From Candidatus Methanomethylicia archaeon (GTDB taxonomy: Archaea; Thermoproteota; Methanomethylicia; CALHIW01), in the NCBI GenBank assembly GCA_038845975.1, contig JAWBQF010000003.1, positions 32,001 to 96,000 of the forward strand: DNA of 64,000 nucleotides. The letters are read 5' to 3'. The translations under genes and the position numbers were made by a program. Below are positions 1 to 10,232 of this stretch, piece after piece. The notes under the pieces are model-generated. The model was not told where the DNA came from. It saw only the letters and a program-made list of their open reading frames with translations, and did no database searches. Every line of letters starts with the position of its first letter. Position 1 is the stretch's first letter.

Positions 1-201
1 TAGTAATGCAATATTTGGAGTGGAAATTATGGCTCCAGGTATAATGTATTGCTGAGCAAAAACCCATCGTGCAAGAAAATCGAAAATTAAAGCAATAACC
101 ATCGGTATTAATGACGGTACTAATATTACTGGATTCTTAAATACTACATCTAATCCACGAGATATCGAGTTTATAGAGGATGAAATTATTCCACCTAGCA
201 A
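1..201 (-). CDS. Membrane protein, N-terminal part (runs off the window edge)
   Basis: Manual translation from TTG at 201 gives MLGGIISSSINSISRGLDVVFKNPVILVPSLIPMVIALIFDFLARW..., open to position 1 and hydrophobic. A TATA-like box lies upstream. Confidence 0.6.
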   Translation of the reverse strand, partial: MLGGIISSSINSISRGLDVVFKNPVILVPSLIPMVIALIFDFLARWVFAQQYIIPGAIISTPNIALL

Positions 202-243
202 TTAAGATAGGCAATACTATATAAATTTAACTGTAAGTTAATG

Positions 244-974
244 GGCTTTGTTAACTTAAGCATGTTTTATCACCTCTATTTTCGGTATTGTATCTTCTAT
301 GAATTCCTTAGCTTTTATTTTCCTGTTAATCCATGTTTGTTTAGTATGTATATTATTGATTATAAGCATTAATGCATGTTCACCATCACATCTATCCTTC
401 ATACACGGTATATAATTATCGAATAGCTTAGTTCTATCCTTAACATACTGTATTATTCTCTCCATTAGATTCTTAACCTCTAAACTATACAATTCATGTT
501 TTAATTTTAATATTCTATGCCTTATAATATTGAGCTCCATCACTTAATACAACTATATTAGAACCGTAAATAGCTCTAATCTTTTAAGGAATGTTAGAGA
601 TGTAAGCATGTTGCAGCATAAAAACCCATATGTAGAGAATCCTCCTCAATAATGGCTTAAATGCAACATAAACAATCCTCCTCATAGACCCCACATTAAT
701 AATAGTATCATCAACCATAACAATCCTAACATCCCTCCTATCAAACTCAAATAGGAAGCTTAAAGATCTAAACCACGATAATATAGATACATAACTCCTA
801 ACAATAATGAAGCTTAGAATATCTGAAGCCATTCTAGAAGAACGAAAATATATGTAAGCACCATAACAACTAGAGTAAATGGAGTTCTCTCCCTAACAAA
901 CTTGATAACTTTAACCATAAACACACCATAAATAGGGGAGTGAACTCCCAAATAAATCTAAAGTTAACAAAGCC
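244..974 (-). mobile_element. IS6-family insertion sequence, full length, transposase frameshifted
   Basis: Perfect 14-bp TIRs GGCTTTGTTAACTT (244) and AAGTTAACAAAGCC (961-974). ORF pieces 584..832 and 256..543 plus the intervening frame give VMVDDT..., VLSDGA.YY and NLMERIIQYVKDRT, i.e. the IS6/IS240-type DDE motifs. Confidence 0.88.
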
Positions 975-1308
975 GGGCTAACTACCTAAAACTCATATTT
1001 CTCTTAAAGGTTGCTTTTAGCTTTCTTAAGTAGCTGAAATGCTTATTACCTATGTTCTTGCCTGATATCCTCATAACTAGAGTTGAGATTCTTGCTTTTA
1101 AATGTTTAATAACTTAGTATTCTTTTAGACTCTAACTAATTCCATCTTGGAAGCAAGAATTATTATATTAGCTTTTAGGTAGCTTAAATATTTGAAATCT
1201 TCCTTTAGCTATGTTTCTGAAGTGAATACTTAGATACATCTTAATGTTTCGTATTCGTTTACTTCAGCAATTTCATTTAAAACTTGTATATAGCGGTAAT
1301 TTATCTGC

Positions 1309-2550
1309 TTATTCAATTGGTCCTAGAAGCTCAACTTCAACTAGACTATTCTTCTCATATCCTTCAACTTCAGGAGGCATAATTATTACTCCATTACCTC
1401 TAGTAAGTGTTGACAAAATCCCTGAACCAGTTATTCTTAATGGTTCTACATACAATTCATCTCCACATCTAAATACTTTAACTCTAACGTATGATGTATA
1501 TCCTGTAGTATTTACTAGTCTTCTAGTAAGTTTTGCTTTTACTTTTAATCTTCCAAGTTCATTAATTCCTAGTATTCTTCTAATTGATGGTACTATTACT
1601 AAGTCTAAGCTAGTTAATGCTGCAACTGGATATCCTGAAACCATAAATATCAATTTATTATTAATTACTCCAGCTCCTATTGTTCTTCCCGGTCTTATAG
1701 CTACTCCTCTAAACAGTATTCTTCCCCCCTCCCTTTCTAACACTTTAGGAGCTAAATCCATCTCTCCTACACTACTCCCACCGATAATTATCACTATATC
1801 TGAGCTTCTTAATGTGTTTCTAAGTGTTTCACTAATTATTTCCACATCGTCTGGTTTAGGGTTTATCCTTATTAAATCAAGATATTTATAGTTTGATAGG
1901 TAAGAGTATACTAGGTAGGAGGTGCTCTCATAAACCTCCGTACTTAGAGGTGTGGGTTCTCTAGGTTCACGTATCTCACTTCCTGTAGGCATTATTGAAA
2001 TCATAACTTTCCTAAGTACTCTTACCTTAGAGAATCCGAATGAGGCTAACGTAGCTATATGCCATGGTTGAAGAACAGTTCTTTCTCTAACTATTAGAGA
2101 GTTGATTTCAAAATCCTCCCCTATCCTAGATATGTTTGCCCATTCTGCTACCGGCTTATATATTAAGACTTTATCTCCAATTCTTGAAGTATCTTCATAC
2201 ATGATAACTGCATTAGCATTTAATGGAAGCTTTGCTCCTGTAGCTATTTCAATAGCTGTATGAGGTTTCAGTTCTATAGGCTCCTCTCCAGCATGTACTT
2301 TACCTATGACTTCAAGCTCTATTGGGTTTGTTTGAGAGGCTCCATAAGTATCTTCAGCTCTAACAGCATAACCATCTACAACTGATCTATTTGATGTAGG
2401 TAAATTGTAGGGGGCATATATGTTCCCAGCTGAAATTCTTCCAGAAGCATCTAGAAGACTTATATCTTCAACCCCAATATTTAAATCAATACTACTCACT
2501 ATAATATCTATAGCCTTTCCTACACTTAATAGGGAGTAAAGCAGTTTCAT
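1309..2550 (-). CDS. moeA: Molybdopterin molybdenumtransferase MoeA
   Basis: Motifs SVVDGYAVRAEDT, IATGAKLP, TGSEI, GGSSVG..D, IRPG and GYPVAA; 413 aa. Confidence 0.93.
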   Translation of the reverse strand: MKLLYSLLSVGKAIDIIVSSIDLNIGVEDISLLDASGRISAGNIYAPYNLPTSNRSVVDGYAVRAEDTYGASQTNPIELEVIGKVHAGEEPIELKPHTAIEIATGAKLPLNANAVIMYEDTSRIGDKVLIYKPVAEWANISRIGEDFEINSLIVRERTVLQPWHIATLASFGFSKVRVLRKVMISIMPTGSEIREPREPTPLSTEVYESTSYLVYSYLSNYKYLDLIRINPKPDDVEIISETLRNTLRSSDIVIIIGGSSVGEMDLAPKVLEREGGRILFRGVAIRPGRTIGAGVINNKLIFMVSGYPVAALTSLDLVIVPSIRRILGINELGRLKVKAKLTRRLVNTTGYTSYVRVKVFRCGDELYVEPLRITGSGILSTLTRGNGVIIMPPEVEGYEKNSLVEVELLGPIE

Positions 2551-3029
2551 TCTAGCCTCAAGTATTCACCTACTGCTTATAAATGTTCTTAAGCTACAAT
2601 AATCCTATCTATGGAGGGTTAAGTAAAGTTATGAGGATTCTTCAAATATTGATAATAATTACTTATAGTCCCATATCTTTTACATATCCCATAGATTCAG
2701 TTCCCTATCAATATGCTTCACCTATTTTCTAATGTCTGTCATGTCTAACCAATACTCTACAAGTGTTGATTACCACAATACTCTTAAGCTTAGTAACATC
2801 CTAGGATGCTTTACAATTACTTTATAGGTCGTCTGTAGATACCTTCAAAGTATTGTGAGCCATTACGCTGAAGACTATGAGCTTATACAAGCTTATTTCC
2901 TCACAGCTTATAAACTTAGAATAGTACTTGAAAACCATATGAGCCATAATAAAAATTAATATATTCATAGCTATGAGATGTAAGTCTCAATGTAAAACTT
3001 TAGTTCAAGCTTATAGGAGCTAGGGTTTT

Positions 3030-3089
3030 GGCTTTATGAACCTAAGCTATTAACCATATATACTTATCATGTCTAAAGTTCACAAAACT
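3030..3089 (+). mobile_element. 60-bp MITE (family A) with IS6-type ends
   Basis: ggctttatgaacctaagctattaaccatatatacttatcatgtctaaagttcacaaaact aligns end to end with the 7134..7193 copy. Flanks tagggttt / tagtgttt resemble a TSD. Confidence 0.7.
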
Positions 3090-3177
3090 TAGTGTTTGCA
3101 AATTAATTCTGTGTATGGAATCTTAATAAGCAGCTATAATAGTATTTACATGAATGAAGTCTACGAATCTGTGGTGA

Positions 3178-3366
3178 TTAACTGTAGGTATAATATTCCT
3201 CAAAAACTTCTATCTCTTTATATTCAACTTCAGCTATACCATTACTTATTGATTTTACTATGTGTGGTGAGCCGCAGTCTAAGCATACAATTATATCGCC
3301 AATTATAATGTCTTCGTTTACCTCTATTTTACCTTTACATCGTGAACAATGAGCAAGCATTCCCAT
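3178..3366 (-). CDS. LysW-like small zinc-ribbon protein lacking the EDWGE tail
   Basis: CxxC...GDIIVCxDCG...acidic tail pattern of LysW/ArgW, but it ends in EEYYTYS. Confidence 0.6.
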   Translation of the reverse strand: MGMLAHCSRCKGKIEVNEDIIIGDIIVCLDCGSPHIVKSISNGIAEVEYKEIEVFEEYYTYS

Positions 3367-3577
3367 TTTTAAAGAAAAGGATTTAAAAACCTTACTACTA
3401 AAAATGTATACAAATGTTCATTTTAATGATTTAATTTACATGAGAATTAGAATTGTTTGTCTAGTATTCTAATTATTATGGATTAAAATCATTATTAAAT
3501 TTATTATGGGTAAATGTATTTATAGGGGTTATCATAGTAAAGTTTAAGATATTTAGTGGCTAATATTAGGGATTACT

Positions 3578-4918
3578 ATGTATGACGTTGTAGTTGTTGG
3601 AGGTGGAGTATCTGGACTTACTGCTGCTTATTTCCTATCTAGAGCTGGCTTTAAAGTTTTAGTTGTTGAAAGAGGAAGTGAGAGTAAAATTGGTGATAAG
3701 GTTTGCGGTGATGCTATTGGTAAGCATCACTTCGTAAATTCAGATTTTGAGGAGCCTAAATTAGGAGTTGATGCTGAAGGATTTTTTAAGGGTGTTAACG
3801 TTGTTTCACCTAATGAGCAGTACATCATACCTGTATATGGGGAGGGATATGCTTTAAATAGGAGGGGGTTTGGAGCTAGATTGTTTAGAGAAGCTATTAA
3901 TAGTGGTGCTGAAGTTTTCTTAGAGCATAGTTTTGTTAAGCCTATTATAAGTTATGATAGGGTTAAAGGAATATTTGTAAGATCTGGAGGCCATGTTAAG
4001 GATATTTATGCTAGAACTGTTATTGATGCTAGTGGTGCTCTAGCTTGTGTAAGAGGTTCTCTACCTAAGGAATGGTGGGTTTCAGAACAGATACCTAACA
4101 GCGACTTCAATATATGCTATAGGGAAATATGGGTTGGTAATTTAAACATAGACCATGATTTTGCATGGATATTTCTGAATGTCAATGTAGCTCCCGGAGG
4201 CTACTGGTGGCTTTTCCCTAAGAGAAGTGGGCTTTACAATGTTGGTTTAGGTATTCAGAAAGGGTTAAAAGGATTAAATCCGAGAATTCAGTTTGATAAA
4301 TATGTAAGAGGAAGATTTAAGATTGATAAGATTGTTCATGGCGGTGGTGGAATTGTCCCAACAAGAAGACCTATTCCATGTATGGTTTGGAATGGATTCA
4401 TGACTATAGGTGATGCTGCATCTACAGCTAATCCACTACATGGAGGTGGAATAGGGCCAGCAATGCTAAGTGCTAAAATAGCAGTGGAAGTATTGACTGA
4501 GGCCTTAAGTAGTGGTGAAGCAAATCTAGAGAAGCTTTGGAGCTATCATAGTAAATATCATAGGGCATATGGAGCAAAACAAGCCTCATTAGACGTTTTG
4601 AGAATGTATCTACAAACATTAGAGAATAATGATTTAAACTATATATTTAAATCAATACTGATAAATGGCGGTGAGCTTAACGAGCTTGGATATAAAGGTG
4701 AGATAGGGCAGAGTATTTTAAGTAGGGTAAAATCAATATTGAAGTTAACTGTTAAGCCGCTTATGTTAATGAGAATTATTAAGGTAAAACAGTACATGGA
4801 TCATGCGAAAGAGCTATATTTAAACTATCCGGAAACACCGTTAAAATACTTAGAGTGGAAGAGTAGCGAGGAGAAACTGTTCAGAGAATATAAGGAATGG
4901 ATAAAACATGTAGAGTAA
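3578..4918 (+). CDS. Digeranylgeranylglycerophospholipid / geranylgeranyl reductase
   Basis: GGGVSG FAD motif, KVCGDA, PGGYWWLFPK and GDAA...NPLHGGGI. Confidence 0.92.
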   Translation: MYDVVVVGGGVSGLTAAYFLSRAGFKVLVVERGSESKIGDKVCGDAIGKHHFVNSDFEEPKLGVDAEGFFKGVNVVSPNEQYIIPVYGEGYALNRRGFGARLFREAINSGAEVFLEHSFVKPIISYDRVKGIFVRSGGHVKDIYARTVIDASGALACVRGSLPKEWWVSEQIPNSDFNICYREIWVGNLNIDHDFAWIFLNVNVAPGGYWWLFPKRSGLYNVGLGIQKGLKGLNPRIQFDKYVRGRFKIDKIVHGGGGIVPTRRPIPCMVWNGFMTIGDAASTANPLHGGGIGPAMLSAKIAVEVLTEALSSGEANLEKLWSYHSKYHRAYGAKQASLDVLRMYLQTLENNDLNYIFKSILINGGELNELGYKGEIGQSILSRVKSILKLTVKPLMLMRIIKVKQYMDHAKELYLNYPETPLKYLEWKSSEEKLFREYKEWIKHVE

Positions 4919-5069
4919 AGTAAGCTATCTACTTTAAAGCTTAGAGAAGATTTAAAGTTTTAACTAGTAGATACTTTGAATCTATGGTGTTCTATATGTA
5001 TAGGTTTGGTATGCATGGAGGAGCTATATAGGTCTAAATTTAGGGGTAATTTAAGTCTGTAAATAGAGG

Positions 5070-5558
5070 CTAGCTTGAAGAGTTATATTCGATTAGTAGT
5101 TCGTTTCCGCCGAGATGTTTTATTTTACATCCATATTTTTGAGCTATGTGAATTGCAGGTGTGTTTGAGGTAAATGTGTATGCTATGCAGCTTTTAATCC
5201 CGTGTTTACCAGCAACCTCAAGTAAATATTTCAGTATAATTTCTCCCAATCCTCTTCCTTGGAAATCATCTCTAACAACAACGCCTAGCTCATTACTATT
5301 CTTAATATGTAAATCTGCTTCAGCAACAATATCATTATTATATTCAGCAATAACACAGATAAACTCATCACTAAGAACTTGATTAACAATATAGTTGAAG
5401 TCGCGTGTACGAAATAATTTAGTAAACCCTAGAAACCTCCTATAAATCGATTCAGCACTAAGTGATTTATACATTTTCAAGAGTTTATCACCATCATCTT
5501 TATTAGCTACTCTAAGCCTTACTCGTTTTCCATCCTTCAATATAGCTTCAGTAGCCAC
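5070..5558 (-). CDS. GNAT acetyltransferase (Pat-like)
   Basis: LKDG..V.LR, SIYRRF, VVRDDFQGRGLG and N..AI. Confidence 0.85.
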   Translation of the reverse strand: MATEAILKDGKRVRLRVANKDDGDKLLKMYKSLSAESIYRRFLGFTKLFRTRDFNYIVNQVLSDEFICVIAEYNNDIVAEADLHIKNSNELGVVVRDDFQGRGLGEIILKYLLEVAGKHGIKSCIAYTFTSNTPAIHIAQKYGCKIKHLGGNELLIEYNSSS

Positions 5559-5862
5559 ATATTAAATTAGCAATCAAATATTTAAATATTGATAGCTTAT
5601 GGAACTTTAGAGGACGATTTAAGCCTAACTCATACTCATGTTAAATCCATATTTCTCAATGCATTAAAGATGGATTGTAAGCCTACTTAGATGTATATTT
5701 AATAATTTTAAACATGTAGATACTAGTTAGCTGAAGATTTAATTTGTTAAGTGTTTACTGTGGTTTAAATCTACATTGAGTCGTATGGATAAGCAGCCTA
5801 ACAACTAGTTATTGGAGCTATATCCAGATTCATTAATATCCAATCTACCTATTTTGTAGTGG

Positions 5863-6894
5863 TTATATTGCTTTCAGTTTATGGAGTAGTTCATATTCTT
5901 CATTTTTAGTAATGAATAATCCTAAATTCCCTAGCCTAACATTCTTTAACCCAACATTTCTAGCTTCATTAAGAGCTTTAAACATTTGATTGAAACTTGG
6001 AGGCTTAATATTCCTCATTTTATTTTCAGGTAAGAATGCTATTATTGAGTATGGTATTTCAGGATCTACTTGAGCAAGTAATTCAGCAATTCTCCTTATT
6101 TGATCTTCTTCAACCCATCCCGGAATATATACTGTTGAAACTTCTAATGTAAATCCCCTATCAATGATTTCAGCTGGAAGTTTTAGAATCCATTCATTTG
6201 ATACTCCAGTAAGCTTTTTATGTATTTCTTCATCATATGCCTTAATATCAAGCCAGAAGGAATCTATTAAGCCCTCAAATAAATCTAGAGTTTTAGGAAT
6301 TAATCCATAACCATTTGTTTCAAGGAGAACCCATAAATCCTCATTTAGATTCTTAATTTCTCTAGTAGATTCAATATAGAATTTAGGTTGGCAGGATAGA
6401 TCTCCGCCAGTAAATGATATGATGTTTCTAGCTGGACCATATGTTCCATCATCTAGAATTGTTATATGATTTATGGATAGTTTTCCAGGACAGTATATTG
6501 ATCTTTTTCCTTTCTGTATGCATGACCCGCATCCACGACATAGCTCATGGGCATGCCAGCTAGTAATTCTTTTCCTATTTTCTCTATACATGTTTACTCT
6601 ATTCCTCTCAACATACTCCATAGCTATTTCAGCTATGCCCTTAGGTGAAACCCAATATCCTGAAGCATATTTAGTAAATCTCCATGAATGACATTTAAGA
6701 CAACTCCAATTACATCCAGATTGATAAATAGATAAATATTGTTCAGGAGCCTTATGAGCATATGAATGGATTAGCCTATATGGAATATTCCCTCTCCATC
6801 TAAAAGTTACCTCACATGCAGGCCTCCATAAACCCTCACTAAATGTTAAACAACTTCCAGGCTTAAATCCCTCTTTAACTAGTCTACAAATCAT
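5863..6894 (-). CDS. Radical SAM protein, PFL-activase/AmmeMemoRadiSam-like
   Basis: GCNWSCLKCHS motif, SFTGGD, LETNG and WLDIKA. Confidence 0.85.
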   Translation of the reverse strand: MICRLVKEGFKPGSCLTFSEGLWRPACEVTFRWRGNIPYRLIHSYAHKAPEQYLSIYQSGCNWSCLKCHSWRFTKYASGYWVSPKGIAEIAMEYVERNRVNMYRENRKRITSWHAHELCRGCGSCIQKGKRSIYCPGKLSINHITILDDGTYGPARNIISFTGGDLSCQPKFYIESTREIKNLNEDLWVLLETNGYGLIPKTLDLFEGLIDSFWLDIKAYDEEIHKKLTGVSNEWILKLPAEIIDRGFTLEVSTVYIPGWVEEDQIRRIAELLAQVDPEIPYSIIAFLPENKMRNIKPPSFNQMFKALNEARNVGLKNVRLGNLGLFITKNEEYELLHKLKAI

Positions 6895-6959
6895 AGCAAC
6901 CCATCGACTTTCATATTGACTTTACCCATATCATGAATTCTACAGCCAATTATATAAAT

Positions 6960-7365
6960 CTTTATTGTTTAGAGTATTAGTAATTCATTAAGTAAATTTA
7001 TGGATATAAATGTATTTGTAGCTCAATAAAGCAACACATATAATTTTACCCTGGAGCATATACTCATAACAGTACCTCTGCTTGACTACTCTAACATTTT
7101 CTTATTAAATTCGCTTAAGATAAACCATAACTCGGCTTTGTTAACTTAAGCTACTAACTATATATACTTGCAGTGTCTAAAGTTTACAGAGCCAATAACT
7201 CTATAGTAATAAGCTTAAATTTCTTAAGCTATTCTAAATGAGTAAATATGTAAGTATCATAACAACCAATACAAATGAGTTTCCTTCTGGTAAATTTAAC
7301 TTTAACCATGGTTTCACTATAATTAAGGGAATAAACCCTAAATAAATCTAGAGTATGTAAAGTAT
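6960..7365 (-). mobile_element. Heavily decayed IS6 copy hosting a nested MITE
   Basis: gcttaagataaacca, aatatgtaagtatcataacaac and aaataaatcta match the 770-960 part of the 244..974 copy. Boundaries are approximate. Confidence 0.6.
7134..7193 (+). mobile_element. 60-bp MITE (family A), best-preserved copy
   Basis: Left TIR GGCTTTGTTAACTT is identical to the IS6 TIR; right end is AAGTTTACAGAGCC. Flanked by cataactc / aataactc (7/8 TSD). Confidence 0.85.
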
Positions 7366-7409
7366 TTAATGTTTGAGTAAAACTTAACTATTTCCACGTA
7401 TTAGGCTTC

Positions 7410-8477
7410 ATGATGAAATGTATTCCAGATCTTGTTAAGAATATTTATGTTTTGAGGTTTAAGGATCTTAGAAGGGAAATTTTAAACATTTATGTTAAGC
7501 CAGTTCTAATTCAAGGAAAGGTTAAGAATAAAGCAATTAAGAGATACGTAGTTAAGGCTCAAAGAGTATATGGTCTACTTAGGAGTAGGCTTGGTGTTGT
7601 TAAGATGATGCCAAGTTGGAGTTTCTTCCATCCATTTTATAGAGAGCTTCTAAATATAGGAGGTGTACTAAGCTATGAGGAGAGTAGGAAAAAGGTTTTG
7701 CGAATGATTCATGTTTTAAGTAATCTTTGGAGTGAATATAAGGCTAATTTAGGGAAGTGTAGTAATGTTGATGAGGCTAAGAAGTATGTAAGGATATTTA
7801 TTGGTAGGTCTCTATCTATTGCTAGAAGAATAGATAGAGATCTTGATGTTTTAGATAAAGCTGTAAGTATACTTAAGTCTACTCCATGTATAAACCCTGA
7901 GGAACCAATTATAGTTATTGCCGGTATGCCTCAAACAGGTAAGTCAACACTTACTGGGAAAATATCAACAGTTAAGCCTAAAGTATCTCCATATCCATTC
8001 ACAACAAAGAATGTTATTCTAGGCCATTTAAAACTAATGAATTCTGTAAGACTTCAGATAATGGATACTCCTGGAATTCTTGATAGACCATTAGAGGATC
8101 TTAACGAGATTGAGAGAAAAGCAATAGCAGCAATTAATCATTTAGCTACAGTAATGGTTTTCCTTATAGATCCTAGAGAAGATAGCTATTATCCTCTTGA
8201 AAGCCAACTATACGTCTATAAAACTGTTAGTACAATCCTTAGAAATAATAGTAGAATCATTGTAGCGATAAACAAGATGGATATGATAGGTTTAAATCGT
8301 TTAAATCATGTTATCAACATGTTAAAAAGCTTTGGAGTCGAAAATCCATTAATGATTAGTGCTCTTAAAGGAGATGGTGTAGAGAATTTAATACTTAACA
8401 TACTTAACCTACTCAGTATAGAGATAGATAGGGAAAGAGTAAAAGAAGCATTATCAAGAATACAATTATATTTCTAA
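7410..8477 (+). CDS. NOG1-family GTPase
   Basis: HPFY in the N-domain, G1 GMPQTGKS, YPFTTK, DTPGILDRP...NEIE and NKMD. Confidence 0.92.
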   Translation: MMKCIPDLVKNIYVLRFKDLRREILNIYVKPVLIQGKVKNKAIKRYVVKAQRVYGLLRSRLGVVKMMPSWSFFHPFYRELLNIGGVLSYEESRKKVLRMIHVLSNLWSEYKANLGKCSNVDEAKKYVRIFIGRSLSIARRIDRDLDVLDKAVSILKSTPCINPEEPIIVIAGMPQTGKSTLTGKISTVKPKVSPYPFTTKNVILGHLKLMNSVRLQIMDTPGILDRPLEDLNEIERKAIAAINHLATVMVFLIDPREDSYYPLESQLYVYKTVSTILRNNSRIIVAINKMDMIGLNRLNHVINMLKSFGVENPLMISALKGDGVENLILNILNLLSIEIDRERVKEALSRIQLYF

Positions 8478-9072
8478 ATCTAAGTTAGCTCACTATAACT
8501 ATGGTTTAGGCTTAATGGATTTAGAAGCTTAATCCCTATTGTTCTTTAGTATGAATCCGTTAATATATTTACTTGAATTGGTGAAAATTTTCAATTAGAT
8601 AAAATCATCTTCTTCCCACATGCCCTTAATGCTTAGTTCCTATTGTCCTTTAGTCTTTTCTAGCTTAATTTTTAAACTATTTCTACTTAGCCTCTTGATA
8701 TGTTTTATCAATTCCTATTTCTAAGCTTATGAATAGCCTCTAGAAGGTTAAACACTTCCTAATAGATTTAGAGCTCTAACTATATCTCAAGTTTCTCTAT
8801 CTTAGCTATAGTAAAGCATTACGATATTAAGACTCCATATAGTCTATTAGTATCCTCCAGATGTATTTCATTTCTCTAAACCGTAAAGATCATTAGAAGT
8901 ATTTACACTTTACTGCGTAATGCTACTTGTAAGCTCCTTACTTAACTCCTAGACAATATAGTGGATATCGTGAAATTCTATTTTCATAAACGCTTCACTA
9001 TCCCTCATCATCCAGCCTAGATTAATGTTTAAGGTATTCCCTAATATTTACAATGTTAGTATGTTATAATGG

Positions 9073-9504
9073 CTACCTAGAAATGTATTCCTCTACTACT
9101 TTAACTAGACGTGTAGCTTCTCTTACAGTGTTTATGATATGGTCGCAGTAATGATATACTCTCTCCGTTGCCTTTGCAATTACGCTTGCCTGCTTCATAC
9201 TTACAATTTCCTCTCTACTGAATCCCCGTTTCTCCATATATTTTATCCATGCATCATCTACATCTTTAGGATAGGAATGCTCTATTTCCTCTCTTAGTTT
9301 TTTAGCTTCATTTAAGTATTTAAGGCATAAATATGCTCTCTCCGGGTTTCTGCATAGAAATGGGTATTTCTTAGCTATATTACTTATGAATATCTCTCTA
9401 TTATTTGCCCATACTTCCTCATTTTGGTAGGGGCAGTTCCCACATAATACGTTCAATACCTTCTTTAACTTCTCTATTAAAGCCCTAAGATCTTTACTAC
9501 TCAT
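9073..9504 (-). CDS. Hypothetical protein (CxxC near N-terminus)
   Basis: 143-aa ORF with plausible composition and an upstream TATA-like box; no family recognised. Confidence 0.6.
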   Translation of the reverse strand: MSSKDLRALIEKLKKVLNVLCGNCPYQNEEVWANNREIFISNIAKKYPFLCRNPERAYLCLKYLNEAKKLREEIEHSYPKDVDDAWIKYMEKRGFSREEIVSMKQASVIAKATERVYHYCDHIINTVREATRLVKVVEEYISR

Positions 9505-9967
9505 AAATTGCTATCTATAAATAGTTTAATAAATATTACGACACTAAATTATAGCTAGTCAGTTTATAGATTTATGTTTTTACTATGTTGTTAATGTTTC
9601 TTAATGGATAGGAATTCTATTTACTTTTAGCTCAGTATTACTTTATATTTAGAGTTAATAATGCACTAAGTGTATTTATGAATATCCATGTTAGTGTCTA
9701 TAAGTGCCCCAATTAGAATAATGATGTACTTTCATGATTTTGAATTAGTATTACTAAGAAATTATTTTGATTTCCATTCATATTTAATTCGTAACTTTAA
9801 TCACGAATTTCGGATATATTTGACATAAATTAGAGCATAAAATAGAATGATTTTACGCAAAACGCAATTAAACTATAATGATGGCTTTTTGAAATTAATA
9901 TGAGGACTATGTATTTTCATGATAAAATTTATAAGTTTTTTCATCTTTTTAAATTTAGGTGAAAAGT

Positions 9968-10030
9968 TTGCCTTGCTCAAAGAAGAAAAAAGAGGAAAAG
10001 AAGGCGGAAGAAAAAAAGAAAAAGAAGTAA
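9968..10030 (+). CDS. Lys/Glu-rich micropeptide MPCSKKKKEEKKAEEKKKKK
   Basis: TTG start with GGTGA SD at 9958-9962, BRE/TATA-like gataaaatttataag at ~9921-9935, and a T-rich tract after the stop. Confidence 0.6.
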   Translation: MPCSKKKKEEKKAEEKKKKK

Positions 10031-10232
10031 TCCAAACTTATTAATCTATTTTTATTTTCCGATTTACTCTATTACTGCATATTTTTGATTTTGCTTAGTT
10101 TGTATTGCTGATTTTACTAAAGTTTAAACTTATTATAGTCATTAATGAAATAGAAGCCTATAAATACATATCTACATATGGTAAGTCTAAATTCTATTAA
10201 TCATAATTAATATGATTTGCCGTTACGTAGTG

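Noticed and set aside
256-832. Two separate hypothetical proteins (95 and 82 aa)
   Set aside because: They are fragments of a single frameshifted IS6 transposase.
1244-1891. 215-aa plus-strand ORF, and the other antisense ORFs inside ade, trp, panB, mscL, MFS genes etc.
   Set aside because: They are shadow frames opposite well-supported genes, with Ser/Ile/Leu-rich composition and no motifs.
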